Shown: positions 24,907-36,639 of the stretch, in pieces | How positions within the stretch are numbered: the first letter of the stretch is position 1 | Layout: each line of letters starts with the position of its first letter | DNA from: Macrostomum lignano | Lineage: Eukaryota | NCBI GenBank assembly: GCA_002269645.1 | Contig: NIVC01002560.1 | Location: forward strand, 97,635 to 161,634 | Reading direction: 5' to 3' | Length of the DNA stretch: 64,000 nucleotides | Position numbers and translations under genes: made by a program | Notes under the pieces: generated by a model | What the model was told of the DNA's origin: nothing | Databases searched by the model: none | What the model saw: only the letters and a program-made list of their open reading frames with translations

Positions 24907-27900
24907 ATGGACTCACTCAGGCGCTTCCTAGAGAGCTACCTGTCCCAGGTGGACGGCCTGTCTGCCATTTTGCTGTCGGACCGAGACGGCGTCGGTCTGA
25001 TGAGCGCCGCCCAGCCCGAGTGCCAGTGGGCCGTGGAGGCTGTCGTGAAGCGTGGCCTGGTGCCCGGCTTCTGCCAGGCGGCCGAGCAGGCCGGCAAGCT
25101 GGGGGTCGGCCCGGCCAGCGCCTTCGTCACCAACTATGGCCAAATGACGGTAAGAGTCTTGGGGCTAATTTCCGACTGCTTGTCATTTCCGTGTTGTCAG
25201 CTATTTGTTAGGCTTGTCAGCTACTGTCAATATGCATGTGTCAGGTTTTTTCTGCCACTGTTAGATGCATCTGGGTCAGCAGACTTATAAGCTAGTGTCA
25301 GTCCCTTGTGTCAGACTTGTGAGTCATTATCAGCTCCGTGTGTCAGACTTGTGAGTCATCATCATCAGCTCCGTGTGTCAGACTCCCTCTGGTAAATAAA
25401 CCAGATAACACCACAAGATAATTTGCGAATCTTGTCAGATTCACTACCGATTTCCTTGTTTGAGTTGCGAAACTGGTGAAACCACCAGATTCGTCACCAG
25501 ATAATTTTTTGTTTTCTTGTTTGACTGTTATCTGGTGAGTTATCTGAATTTCACCAGATAACATGGCCCGAATCTTGCTTAGAAATCAGATTACATGACA
25601 AGATTTGCCACCAGATAATTTTTTGTTTTCTTGTTTGACTGTTATCTGGTGAGTTATCTGAATTTCACCAGATAACATGGCCCGAATCTTGCTTAGAAAT
25701 CAGATTACATGACAAGATTTGCCACCAGATAATTTTTTGTTTTCTTGTTTGACTGTTATCTGGTGAGTTATCTGAATTTCACCAGATAACATGGCCCGAA
25801 TCTTGCTTAAAAATCAGATTACATGACAAGATTTGCCACCAGATAATTTTTTGTTTTCTTGTTTGACTGTTATCTGGTGAGTTATCTGAATTTCACCAGA
25901 TAACATGGCCCAAATCTTGCTTAGAAATCAGATTACATGACAAGATTTGCCACCAGATAATTTTTTGTTTTCTTGCTTGATTGAATCTTGTTTGAATCGG
26001 AATTTCACAGGATAACATGGTGCGAATCTTGTTTGAAAATCAGATAACAGTACAAGATTCGCCACCAGGTAATTTTTTGTTTTCTTGTTTGATTGAATCT
26101 TGTTTGAATCGGAATTTCACAGGATAACATGGTGCGAATCTTGTTTGAAAGACAGATAACAGTACAAGATTTAAATCAGGATAACTGTGCATTATCTAGT
26201 CTGTAAGAAACCTGTGTGAATCTGAAATTTACCGGATAACAGGATGCGAATCTGGTTTGCAAACCAGATAATGGAAAAAGATTTCAATCAAGATGCCTTT
26301 GTGTTATCCGGTCTGTAAGAACCCGTTGTACTTTTCACCCATAATTTTTTTCAGAATTTCGTGATCCAGGCCTAATTTAATTGATTTCCAAGTGAAGGCC
26401 CGGATCAGCATTTTTAGCCTGGAATAGCCCCTTTTTTCCGGAAATGTGATCCTGCAAAAGTTCGGGAAAAAGGAAAGCTGTTCCGGCTGCATTTTCCGAA
26501 ATTTTTCACCTTGAACACTGCTAAATTCTAATTGTAGACCCAAATTTCAGGTTTTCCAAATGAAAATGTTCTGGATGAGATTTCAGGAGTTCAGTCGGAA
26601 TTCCTCAGTGATCTAGACCAAGTGATTCGGCAAATCCACAGGGATCAGCTCCCATTGACTCGAATCTCGATGAAGTTATGGATAAGACTGGACTTCGCGT
26701 CTGTTGTGGCTCAAGGCAGCTGCTAAGCTGACCTGCGATGGATAATCAATCCTCGCTTCTGTTGGGACTCAAGGCAGCTGCTAAGCTGACCTGCGATGGA
26801 TAATCAATCCTCGCTTCTGTTGGGACTCAAGGCAGCTGCTAAGCTGACCTGCGATGGATAATCAATCCTCGCTTCTGTTGGGACTCAAGGCAGCTGCTAA
26901 GCTGACCTGCGAGGGGTAAAGTGCCATATATCAGCAAACGCTAGCGCTCGTAATGTGAGGCCGTGCCCACCCTCCCTGCAGGTGATAGCTTTGTTGGCTC
27001 TCCGACAAACTATTGCATTCTTATTGTGCTGGAGAGGTTTGACTCCCAATGGCATGTAGTCTGTCGCGGTTACTTAGTGTATCAGATTACCCTATTATCT
27101 GGTGCAGCTGGGTGTCTAGATGGAGCTGTGGCATGGTTCCAAAAGCTCCTACTGGCCCAGTTCTAAGGTAGCCTTTTTTTAAGACAGACGTTATTCTAGC
27201 TCTTGCTAGAGCATGCTCCATTGGGTTGTCTAAAGCGTCTGCAGTGTTGGTGTATGGCCACCAGTGAGGGATAATTGAACCCCGCTTCAACCGATGAATC
27301 AAAGTTGAGCAGTTGACTGAAAATGCTGACCTACGAGGGGTAATCAAACCTCGCGTCTGTTGTGGCTCAAGGCAGCTGCTAAGAGTAGTCACTTTTATTT
27401 GACTACGCGGGTCAATCTAATCCGAGGGGTAATAAAGCCTCGAAATTGCAAGGTGAATTGATCTGCTTTTCGGAGGCACTGTAGCGTCCGTAATGTGAGG
27501 CTGAGCCCATCCTCCGTACAGGTGACAATTGAAAAATTGTTGCGCCCTGATTGTGTGCGAGAGGTTTGACTACCACTGGCATGTAGTCTATCACAGCTGC
27601 TTAGTGTGTCAACGGGCTGAATGATTCTATCGTCATATTTGACGCTTAGAAGCATGAGTCAGCCAACCATATTGTTTGGCACAGCTGGGTGTCTAGACTG
27701 AGACTGTGGCATAGTTCCAAATAGCTCTAACTGGCCCAGTATGCAAAGCAGCTTTCCTATTAAGATAGACGCTAATCCGATTTTTTTCGGTGCATGCTCC
27801 ATTGGTTTGTCTAAGGCGTTTGCAGTTGCACCAGCCGAGAGCAGATCAAGTCAAGAGAGTAGTCGTTACAGACCATGTCGGTAATCTTGTCGAGATTTAA

Positions 27901-29949
27901 TAAATCCTCGAACAAGTCAAGGGAGTAGTCGTTACAGACCATGAGTGTCGGCAATCTTGTCAGCCACTTTTTCCGGAGGGTGTCACTGCTTCGAACGACG
28001 CAGTTGATGATGCCGTTGGACGATCGTCCATCGCACTAGCGACATCTGCAACGCCAAGTCGGTTGGATATTACCGTTGGCGCACGGGATTGCGAAAACAA
28101 TCAGGTAAGAGTTTCCAGCGTAGTCGGCATTTCGTGGACGCAACGAAGCCAGCGCCGCGCGAGCCGGCGCATCAGATGATACACCATTCACTTTGTCTCC
28201 GGTCTACGAGCAGCCGATCAACGAAAGCCAGTTGTTTCCGGATGACGACTATGCTACGAATGAAACTTCTATCGACACAGCCGACGCTACTTGTGAACGG
28301 TCGTATAATATGGCAATGCCTGTCGGCACACCGTCACTATCTGTTAGAGCTAGACAATCGAGAGTGTATGTACCTTACTGTGTTTTTTATAGCTGTGTAT
28401 ATGTCGGAGAAACTGTCATCCATCGCCATTCAATTTAACTTAATACTACAGAGTCGTTCCATTGCGCCGACATATAATGCAAGCCCCCGTCGGCGGTCTC
28501 ATTAATCGCCGTCCGCGGGCGCGACCCGGTCTTTCAAACGTCTGACTCACGCGTCGACTGCCGCCAGAGTCGCGTCCGAGTACAGCAGGTCCGAGCTCGC
28601 CAGCTGATACACCAGGTCGCAGCAGATCACCAATCCAGTAATATCAATTGGTATCCACAGTATAAGTAGATCTACTTATAACTGGACTCCCGAAACTCAG
28701 ACTTATGCCACACTGTTCTCCAGATGTTTTCGTTCATGTTGAGATGCCGTTTAGTTGACACCCCGCTGTTAAATAGATGCTTCTCACAACATCTTGAAGC
28801 ACCAACTTTTTATACGCTTCTTTACTGCGAAATTTGATTGTCGGTGCCTTCTGCCTTTTATTATCATAAATTACCCGACTGTTATCTGATCAGGAAATCT
28901 TGTTTTTCTGACAAGATAACAAGCAAGATAACATTATGTTTCCCTGCAGGATTCGCGTGAATTACCCGACTGTCACCTGGTCAGCGAATCCTGTTTGCCA
29001 GACAGGATAACAAACAAGATAACAAACAGGATAACACGATATTTCCCTGCAGGATTCACATGAATTACCCGACTGTTACCTGGTCAGCGAATCCTGTTTG
29101 CCAGACAGGATAACAAACAAGATAACAAACAGGATAACACGATATTTCCCTGCAGGATTCGCACGAATTACCCGACTGTTATCTGGTCAGCAAATCCTTT
29201 TTGAATCTTGTTTGAAACAAGGAAACGTAAGATTTCGTCACGCAAACAAGATTCATACAAGATAACATTTTGCATAACCGGAATAGGGCATGTTATCTTG
29301 TTTGAGCGAATGTTATCTTGTGGTGTTATCTGGTTTATTTACCAGAGGGCTTGTGAGTCATCATCATCAGCTCCGTGTGTCAGACTTGTGAGTCATTATC
29401 TGCTCCGTGTGTCAGACTTGTGAGTCATCATCATCAGCTCCGTGTGTCAGACTTGTGAGTCATTATCATCATCTCCGTGTGTCAGACTTGTGAGTCATTA
29501 TCAGCTCCGTGTGTCAGACTTGTGAGTCATCATCATCAGCTCCGTGTGTCAGACTTGTGAGTCATTATCATCATCTCCGTGTGTCAGACTTGTGAGTCAT
29601 TATCATCATCTCCGTGTGTCAGAATTAAGTCACTGTCAGATCTGTGTGTCGGTCATTGTCAGTCTTGTCGGTTACTTTGAGATCCGTGTGCGTCACATCC
29701 ACTGTCAGCCATTGCCAGACCCATGTCAGCTCTGCCTCTACCCCCCCCCCCCACCGTCCCACCCAGATCGTGCTGCTCAGCTGCCAGCCGCTGGTGGTGA
29801 CGCTCATCGGGCAGCCGGATTGCAACATCGGCGCCATGACAGGCCTACTGAAGGACCGCGCCTTCAGCGAGCAGCTGCGCCGCTTGCAGCAGGTTCTGCC
29901 GCAGGAGTCCGGCGATGCGGCCGGAGGCTCCGGGCCAGTTAGAGTCTAA
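24907..29949 (+). CDS. LAMTOR3: Ragulator subunit LAMTOR3 (MP1), 141 aa, 2 exons
   Basis: Exon 24907-25149 MDSLRRFLESYLSQVDGLSAILLSDRDGVGLM...FCQAAEQAGKLGVG...TNYGQMT (donor GTAAGA, phase 0). Exon 29767-29949 IVLLSCQPLVVTLIGQPDCNIG. Matches recalled LAMTOR3 motifs LKRFL..VEGLHAIVVSDRDGVP..ATDQGSKLGL..LPLVVSFIA. Confidence 0.9.
25497..25975. repeat. 114-bp subterminal tandem repeat (about 4 copies) of the EnSpm-like element
   Basis: CCAGATAATT recurs at 25497, 25611, 25725 and 25839. Confidence 0.9.
26710..26911. repeat. 58-bp tandem repeat (about 3.5 copies) inside the EnSpm-like element
   Basis: CTCAAGGCAGCTGCTAAGCTGACCTGCG at 26710, 26768, 26826 and 26884. Confidence 0.9.
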
Positions 29950-30057
29950 TAGCCATCCTGCCGTCTGCGACTCCGGCCTTAATGATGCTGGGACTGCCGG
30001 ATCATCACCTGCGATTATCATGCTGATCCACTGGGAGACTTGCAGTGCCCTCTCACC

Positions 30058-30530
30058 CTCAGTTGCTAGGCCACCACCCTCCCAGATCCTCAATTACTGG
30101 GCCACCACCCTCCCAGATCCTCAGTTGCTGGGCCACCGCCCTACCAGATCCTCAGTTGCTGGGCCACCACCCTCCCAGATCCTCAGTTGCTGGGCCACCG
30201 CCCTACCAGATCCTCAGTTGCTGGGCCACCACCCTCCCAGATCCTCAGTTGCTGGGCCACCGCCCTACCAAATCCTCAATTGCTGGGCCACCACCCTCCC
30301 AGATCCTCAGTTGCTGGGCCACCGCCTTACCAAATCCTCAATTGCTGGGCCACCACCCTCCCAGATCCTCAGTTGCTGGGCCACCGCCCTACCAAATCCT
30401 CAATTGCTGGGCCATCTCCCTACCAGATCCTCAGTTGCTGGGCCACCGCCCTACCAGATCCTCAGTTGCTGGGCCACCGCCACCCTCCCAGATCCTCAGT
30501 TGCTGGGCCACCGCCACCCTCCCAGATCCT
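30058..30530 (+). repeat. About 31-bp minisatellite of the CCCAGATCCTCAGTTGCTGGGCC family, downstream of the LAMTOR3 stop
   Basis: Unit CCACCACCCTCCCAGATCCTCAGTTGCTGGG, about 15 copies. Confidence 0.95.
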
Positions 30531-31084
30531 GATTCTATGTATTAGTTTTTTTGAGCCACTGCTTAACTATAAACTTTCCTTAAACTCGGATATATTTCAA
30601 TAAATGTTGAGTAAATTTCAATACCAGTACAGAGCATGCCAATCCTGGCCAATAGCAGCCAGGTTTTCAAAATCTCGAGACTGAAAACTTCCGAGCTGGC
30701 AAAGTGCTTTCTGTACTGTCTGCCCCAGCCCTGGTTTTTCTGTCCTATTCTCAAGGCGTGTCTGCTGCTAGGCTTGCCATGATCAGCTGTCACTAACCCG
30801 CATTGCTCAATATGTGGCTCCATTGGTCGTTTGCTAAGTTGGTACTCCGGATTTTCAATATACATCGTGAAACTGTCGCTCTTGATATCTGCATCTGCAT
30901 GCGTGACGATTAAGCCTTGCAAGTTCCACAAAACACTGATTAAGTGCTGTTCAATATGCTCTCTGTAATATCTGCTTCACAACAAGTGTTACCATCCATT
31001 TGTAAATGTCATATATACCCGGTTTGAGTCATTTGACTCATTTTGGTTGTGCATATATTGTGTTTATTCATTTCCTGATAGACA

Positions 31085-31955
31085 AGGTGTGGGCAGGGTG
31101 TGAGGCAGAAGTGAGCAGGTGTGAGTCAGAAGTGAGCAGGTGTGAGTCAGAAGTGAGCAGGGTGAGGGGCAGTAGTGAGCAGGGCGAGGACCAGATGTGA
31201 GCAGGGTGAGGGCCAGATGTGAGCAGGGTGAGGGCCAGATGTGAGCAGGGCGAGGGCCAGATGTGAGCAGGGTGACTCGGTGAGGGCCAGATGTGAGCAG
31301 GGTGAGGGCCAGATGTGAGCAGGGTGAGGTGCAGAAGTGAGCAGGGTGAGGGCCAGATGTGAGCAGGTGTGAGTCAGAAGGGAGCAGGGTGAGATGCAGA
31401 AGTGAGCAGGGTGAGGGCCAGATGTGAGCGGGTGAGGGCCAGATGTGAGCAGGGTGAGGGCCAGATGTGAGCAGGTGTGAGTCAGAAGGGAGCAGGGTGA
31501 GGTGCAGAAGTGAGCAGGGTGAGGGCCAGATGTGAGCAGGTGTGAGGCAGAAGTGAGCAGGTGTGAGGCAGAAGGGAGCAGGGTGAGGTGCAGAAGTGAG
31601 CAGGGTGAGGGCCAGATGTGAGCAGGGTGAGGTGCAGAAGTGAGCAGGGTGAGGGCCAGATGTGAGCAGGGTGAGGTGCAGAAGTGAGCAGGGTGAGGGC
31701 CAGATGTGAGCAGGTGTGAGTCAGAAGGGAGCAGGGTGAGGTGCAGAAGTGAGCAGGGTGAGGGCCAGATGTGAGCGGGTGAGGGCCAGATGTGAGCAGG
31801 GTGAGGGCCAGATGTGAGCAGGTGTGAGTCAGAAGGGAGCAGGGTGAGGTGCAGAAGTGAGCAGGGTGAGGGCCAGATGTGAGCAGGTGTGAGGCAGAAG
31901 TGAGCAGGGTGAGGTGCAGAAGTGAGCAGGGTGAGGGCCAGATGTGAGCAGGTGC
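31085..31955. repeat. Mixed 22-bp minisatellite (GAGCAGGGTGAGGGCCAGATGT / GAGCAGGGTGAGGTGCAGAAGT)
   Basis: Read directly; source of the His/Leu-rich ORF 31147-31977. Confidence 0.92.
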
Positions 31956-32181
31956 AAGCTACAGATAAGCATGGCATTTTGGATAATAGCTCAGGTGTTT
32001 GACAGAAGGCACAGGCCTGTGTTGGGCATAATTTTCCAGTTCCCAGGCAAGCGCCTTGGATGAACTGAAGACAAGCACCTGGGCCGTTAGACGTGCAGAC
32101 TTAATTGGTGGGCCGGGCAAAGCCCACGGGCCTCAAATAAGCCTCCAAAACCGCTTAGATCGCAGCCAGCAGAACAGCGCA

Positions 32182-35100
32182 ATGACAGCCGAGGGCAGCC
32201 GCTGCTCGGTGTGCCAGTGCCCGTTCCCGGCCGGCAATCACTACGGTGCCGTGACCTGCCACGCCTGCAAGTCTTTCTTCAAGCGGACGGTGCAGCTCTC
32301 GCTGTCCTACAACTGCATGCGGAGGCCGCGCCACTGCTCGCTCAGCTCTGAGCGCAGCCGATCTTGCGGCTTCTGCCGGTTCAAGAAATGCCTTGAAGTT
32401 GGAATGCGGCCGGCTCTGGTGCGATCGCTTGCCCCGGATACGGGGTTAGTGACTGATTGGAACCTCAGTGGCTGAGAGAATCAGTGCCCGAATAATTCTG
32501 GGCTAGTTCAGAGTGAATGAGGCTAGTATAGGGTGACTGAGGCTGGTTCAGAATGACTGAGGCTAGTTCAGAGTGACTGAGCCTAGTTCTGGGTGACTGA
32601 GGCTTGTTCAGAGTGACTGAGCTTAGTTCAGAATGACTGAGGCTAGTTCAGAGTGACTGAGCCTAGTTCTGGGTGACTGAGGCTAGTTCAGAGTGACTGA
32701 GGCTAGTTCAGAATGACTGAGGCTAGTTCAGAGTGACTGAGCCTAGTTCTGGGTGACTGAGGCTTGTTCAGAGTGACTGAGCTTAGTTCAGAATGACTGA
32801 GGCTAGTTCAGAGTGACTGAGCCTAGTTCTGGGTGACTGAGGCTTGTTCAGAGTGACTGAGCTTAGTTCAGAATGACTGAGGCTAGTTCAGAGTGACTGA
32901 GCCTAGTTCTGGGTGACTGAGGCTAGTTCAGAGTGACTGAGGCTAGTTCAGAATGACTGAGGCTAGTTCAGAGTGACTGAGCCTAGTTCTGGGTGACTGA
33001 GGCTAGTTCAGAGTGACTGAGGCTAGTTCAGAGTGACTGAGGCTAGTTCAGAATGACTGAGGCTAGTTCAGAGTGACTGAGTCTAGTTCTGGGTGACTGA
33101 GGCTAGTTCAAAGTGACTGAGCCTAGTTCGAAGTGACGGAAGCTAATTCAGTGACTGAGCAGCTTAAATAATACGAATTGACAGGATCGGGCACGCCTGC
33201 CGAACTCCTGTGGCCGGAGTTCAGCAACCACCGCTGCCACCTCAACAAGGCTTCCATCAACGCCTGTTGCCAAAGCCATCGGGCTCGGGAATTCCGGCCG
33301 ACCAGCCTGTCCGAGACCAGCCGCAGGCGGAGACAGGAAACGCGGACGACACCCCGGACTTGGAGGCGGTGCAGGTCGATCTGAGCGGCGGGCCCGCCGG
33401 TCAGGACGGCCCAGACATGACCGAGCTGATGTCCAGAGGCATCTGGTTGCTGGTCGAGTCGTACCTGGGCGCGCTGTTGCGCTGGGCAAAGCGACTGCCC
33501 GGCTTTGACGGCATCCTCCTGGATGATCAGGTGGCCCTGCTGCAGCAGCACTGGCTGGATGTCATCGTCCTACAGGTGCGGAGTCCGCTGGCCATAGTGG
33601 GTTCTGTACTCCAGCTTGCTATATATAATACTATACTCATCACACCTGGACCCACTTGGCTATGAGCAGGTGGCCTGGAACTCGCACCCCTACACTGGCT
33701 GGCTGAACTTCTGCTCCGGCTTCAGCCTGCACGAGCGGCAGGAGCCGCTGATCCGCCAGGTGCCCGCGATCAGCCGGCACACCCGTGTGCTGGCGCAGCG
33801 CCTGAGCCTGCTGGACCTTCGCCACGCTGAGCTGCTGCAGCTGCGCGCCATCATCTTCCTGGAGACTGGCTGCTCCGCAGGCTATGCCGACCCCGATCGA
33901 ATCGACACCCCCCGGCGGTAAAAATCACGTCGAAATGACGTCGATATTCGCCTTTCAAAAACTTGCGACAAATGAGTAGTCGTTTGAACCTTCATTTGAC
34001 GTCGAAATTTCGATATGAAATTTTTATCTTCTTTTTTGCAGAAATAATTATTAGTGATATTTGAAAAATATTTTTTCAACGTGATTTTCAGTGTATTGAA
34101 AGGATCAATAAATTCAGTAAAACTGACACAACGTTTTTTTTGTTTCAACGCATCGCGAGATACACCTTTTTAAAAATATCGCCATGCTGAATGTCGATCT
34201 ATTATTTGTCAATTGCAGACTTCCAAATTATTTTACTGCGATTCATACGTAAATCTTTAACGTAAATTTACTGTAACAAACATGGCAATTCATATTCTTT
34301 CATTGCGTTTCATTATTTTTTCGATAATTAATGTAATATACAATTTATGCGTTTAAAGTTCGATGTTTTATAATACTGTTGCTTATAGGACGGATAGGTT
34401 TAACTTTTTATACAGGATAAGTGAATTAATAATAAAGTAGCCATAAATTAGCAACTTTTTACGTTTTAGTACAGCTTATTGGAAATTAATAATAGTGTAA
34501 TATTTAATAAACAATAATAGATTAGCTTTTATAAATGTAATAAAAGCACAATTCTATAGCTAAAAGAATGTTTGTTATGAAAAAATTTTTAGGACATTTA
34601 GGACATAGACGTAATTATAATTTTAGCCTAAATAGTATATATAATTATCCCATTTAAACATTAATTATTTAATTATTCATTCTAATATATGTTTGTTACA
34701 TTCTAAATAAAAGCATAGCCCAACCCATAACTGCTCATGAAATAACTAGAACAGCTATAGCATTTAAGTACCTAATCGCCAGCATCTAGAGCATAAAATA
34801 CTACTCATACTATAATTATCTATTTTTTCTATGTAATGAAAACAGGATATACTATGTAACTATGCTATAAAAACTTTTATAAATGCTCTATATGGCCCAG
34901 GAATATATAGAACATTGTATAGCATTTTACTTGTTTAGTAAAGCCGCTGCTTACTCTACCAAAAATTCCAGCAAATGCCCCTCTGTCAACTCGGCGGCTG
35001 AGGACGTCCTACGTGACCGCACAAGACGCAAAAGCTGAATTTCCGTGTGGAGTAACCGCGCAGACGCCGTTGATTTTCAGTGTTTCCCTTTCACGATTAC

Positions 35101-35926
35101 AATATGTTGAATTACATTTAGTTGCATTTGTTGACATTGTTGTTCCTTATTTTTCCATCGTCTATTTTCTATTCTTGATAGCTTTGATGCTATTTCTATG
35201 ATCGTTTCCAATTGCTGGTGAATTGAATATACACTGTATACTTTTTCATGGTTGCAGGATAATAGGATCTGGTTTGGATAGCAAATGAAACGTCATGCAG
35301 CCTTGCTTGGCATTTTATGCTTAAATATTTCTTTCCTATTTAGGTAGATTAGTGACTTTAGTGTATGGATTAACATTTATGTTTCGTCAGCTTAGTTCGT
35401 TTGTAGATCGTACATGTAGTTCGTCAGTTTATAACTATTGAAAAAAATAACTTTTTATAACTATGAAACTAATGCACTACAGTATATTATTAATATTAAT
35501 TAGTATATGTAGATAAAAATCGTCAATTTGTCGAAAATCGCCATCTACTTGCGGTCATCATGAATATGAACGACGTCGACTTTTCGCCATCAATAGTGGA
35601 AAACGCGACGTCGCACACTCTACATCTGATGGCGAAAATTTCGACGTCGAAATCGTGGTTCAAATCGACATGAAATTTCGACGTCGCTTTTCGACGTCAT
35701 TTCGACGTGATTTTTACCGCCGGGCCTGCAGCGGCGCCACATCTTGGCGCTGGCGCTCGCCTGCCCCTGCCCGGTGCGCCGCGCCAAAATTCTGCAGCTC
35801 AGCGGTGCTGTCACCGCCGGCCGGCTGCACGCCCTCGCCTACTTCGACCGCGTGCTCAACCTGGAAGGCCAGGTGCCGCCCCCGCTGGCTGGGGAGGCTC
35901 TGCGGAACTCGTTTTCCAGTGCTTAG
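32182..35926 (+). CDS. Divergent nuclear hormone receptor (C4 DBD + LBD, loosely ERR/NR3-like); LBD exon interrupted by a transposon (probable truncated allele)
   Basis: Exon 32182-32444 CSVC...NHYGAVTCHACKSFFKRTVQ...C..C...CGFCRFKKCLEVGM. Exon 33185-33575 ...LLRWAKRLPGFDGILLDDQVALLQQHWLDVIVLQ. Exon from 33670 VAWNSHP..LNFCSGF..LAQRLSLLDLRHAELLQLRAIIFL..IDT, resuming at 35727 LQRRHILAL...RRAKILQL... to TAG at 35926. Splice phases 2 and 0 agree. An upstream exon cannot be excluded. Confidence 0.85.
32510..33160. repeat. 20-bp minisatellite (GACTGAGGCTAGTTCAGAGT), about 32 copies, in nuclear-receptor intron 1
   Basis: Read directly. Confidence 0.95.
33911..35724. mobile_element. CMC/EnSpm-like non-autonomous DNA transposon (1814 bp) inserted in a coding exon
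   Basis: 34-bp TIRs CCCGGCGGTAAAAATCACGTCGAAATGACGTCGA; 2-bp TSD CC (33909-10, 35725-26); CGACGTCG subterminal motifs; AT-rich non-coding interior. Confidence 0.9.
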
Positions 35927-36639
35927 GGACTCTGCGCTCTGTAGTGCCTGTAAATTATCCTTTGTTTTCTGTTTTCTTCAATCAGGAAGATATTCTCTAG
36001 TCCAGTGTCGAGACTGACTACTCGTACATTCCTCTGCAATGCCTGCACTCAAATATACTAGCGTTGTCAGAGTTGTGCCACTGCTATTTTATTATAAAAA
36101 TTAGACAGGACTTGAAAACAATAAATTATAGTCTCGACTTCCTGTTCTTAACTCGCCCCAGTTCCACTGAGGCAGCTCATTCGATCCCACAGCCCAACAT
36201 CTTGGTTCATTTGCTCATAACATGGTCATAAAGCTGAAGCATACCGCTAGCTTTTTGTTACCATTGACCGCAGGTTTGATTTGGCAAGTCTGACAGGACA
36301 GGCAATCAGAAGTTAAGTAGTTATTTATTATTAATTAGTCTGATTTCAGTTGTCAACATGAAGACACTTAATACCACGCAGCATATAAATGGATGGAGTC
36401 GGCGTGGCTACAATAACAATAAATTACCAGACGCGCATAATATTATTACAGTCCGCAATGCTTACTATTAGTAGCATAATAAACATCCCGCGTGAAAAGT
36501 GCAAGCAATATCAATTGAAGTTTGCTACGGTGAAATTGGTTAATTATCGATCGATATGAAATCAAATCCTGCAGCTATAGCAATCAGACAGGTAATCAAG
36601 GACATGGATCAGCGCTGGATCTGTCTATCACCACTGAGT

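Larger units (their letters stand above)
25385..29349. mobile_element. CMC/EnSpm(CACTA)-like non-autonomous DNA transposon, 3965 bp, in the LAMTOR3 intron
   Basis: Perfect 37-bp TIRs CCCTCTGGTAAATAAACCAGATAACACCACAAGATAA; 2-bp TSD CT (25383-84, 29350-51) reconstitutes the host repeat CAGACTTGTG; dense CAGATAA subterminal repeats at both ends; no intact transposase seen. Confidence 0.85.
25295..29620. repeat. 32-35-bp intronic minisatellite (TGTGTCAGACTTGTGAGTCATTATCAGCTCCG), split by the 25385-29349 element
   Basis: Copies at about 25295-25384 resume in register at 29350-29620. Confidence 0.85.

Noticed and set aside
33918-35731. Transposon functioning as a clean new intron in the nuclear receptor
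   Set aside because: Using the TIR GT and the first downstream AG gives a +2 frameshift.
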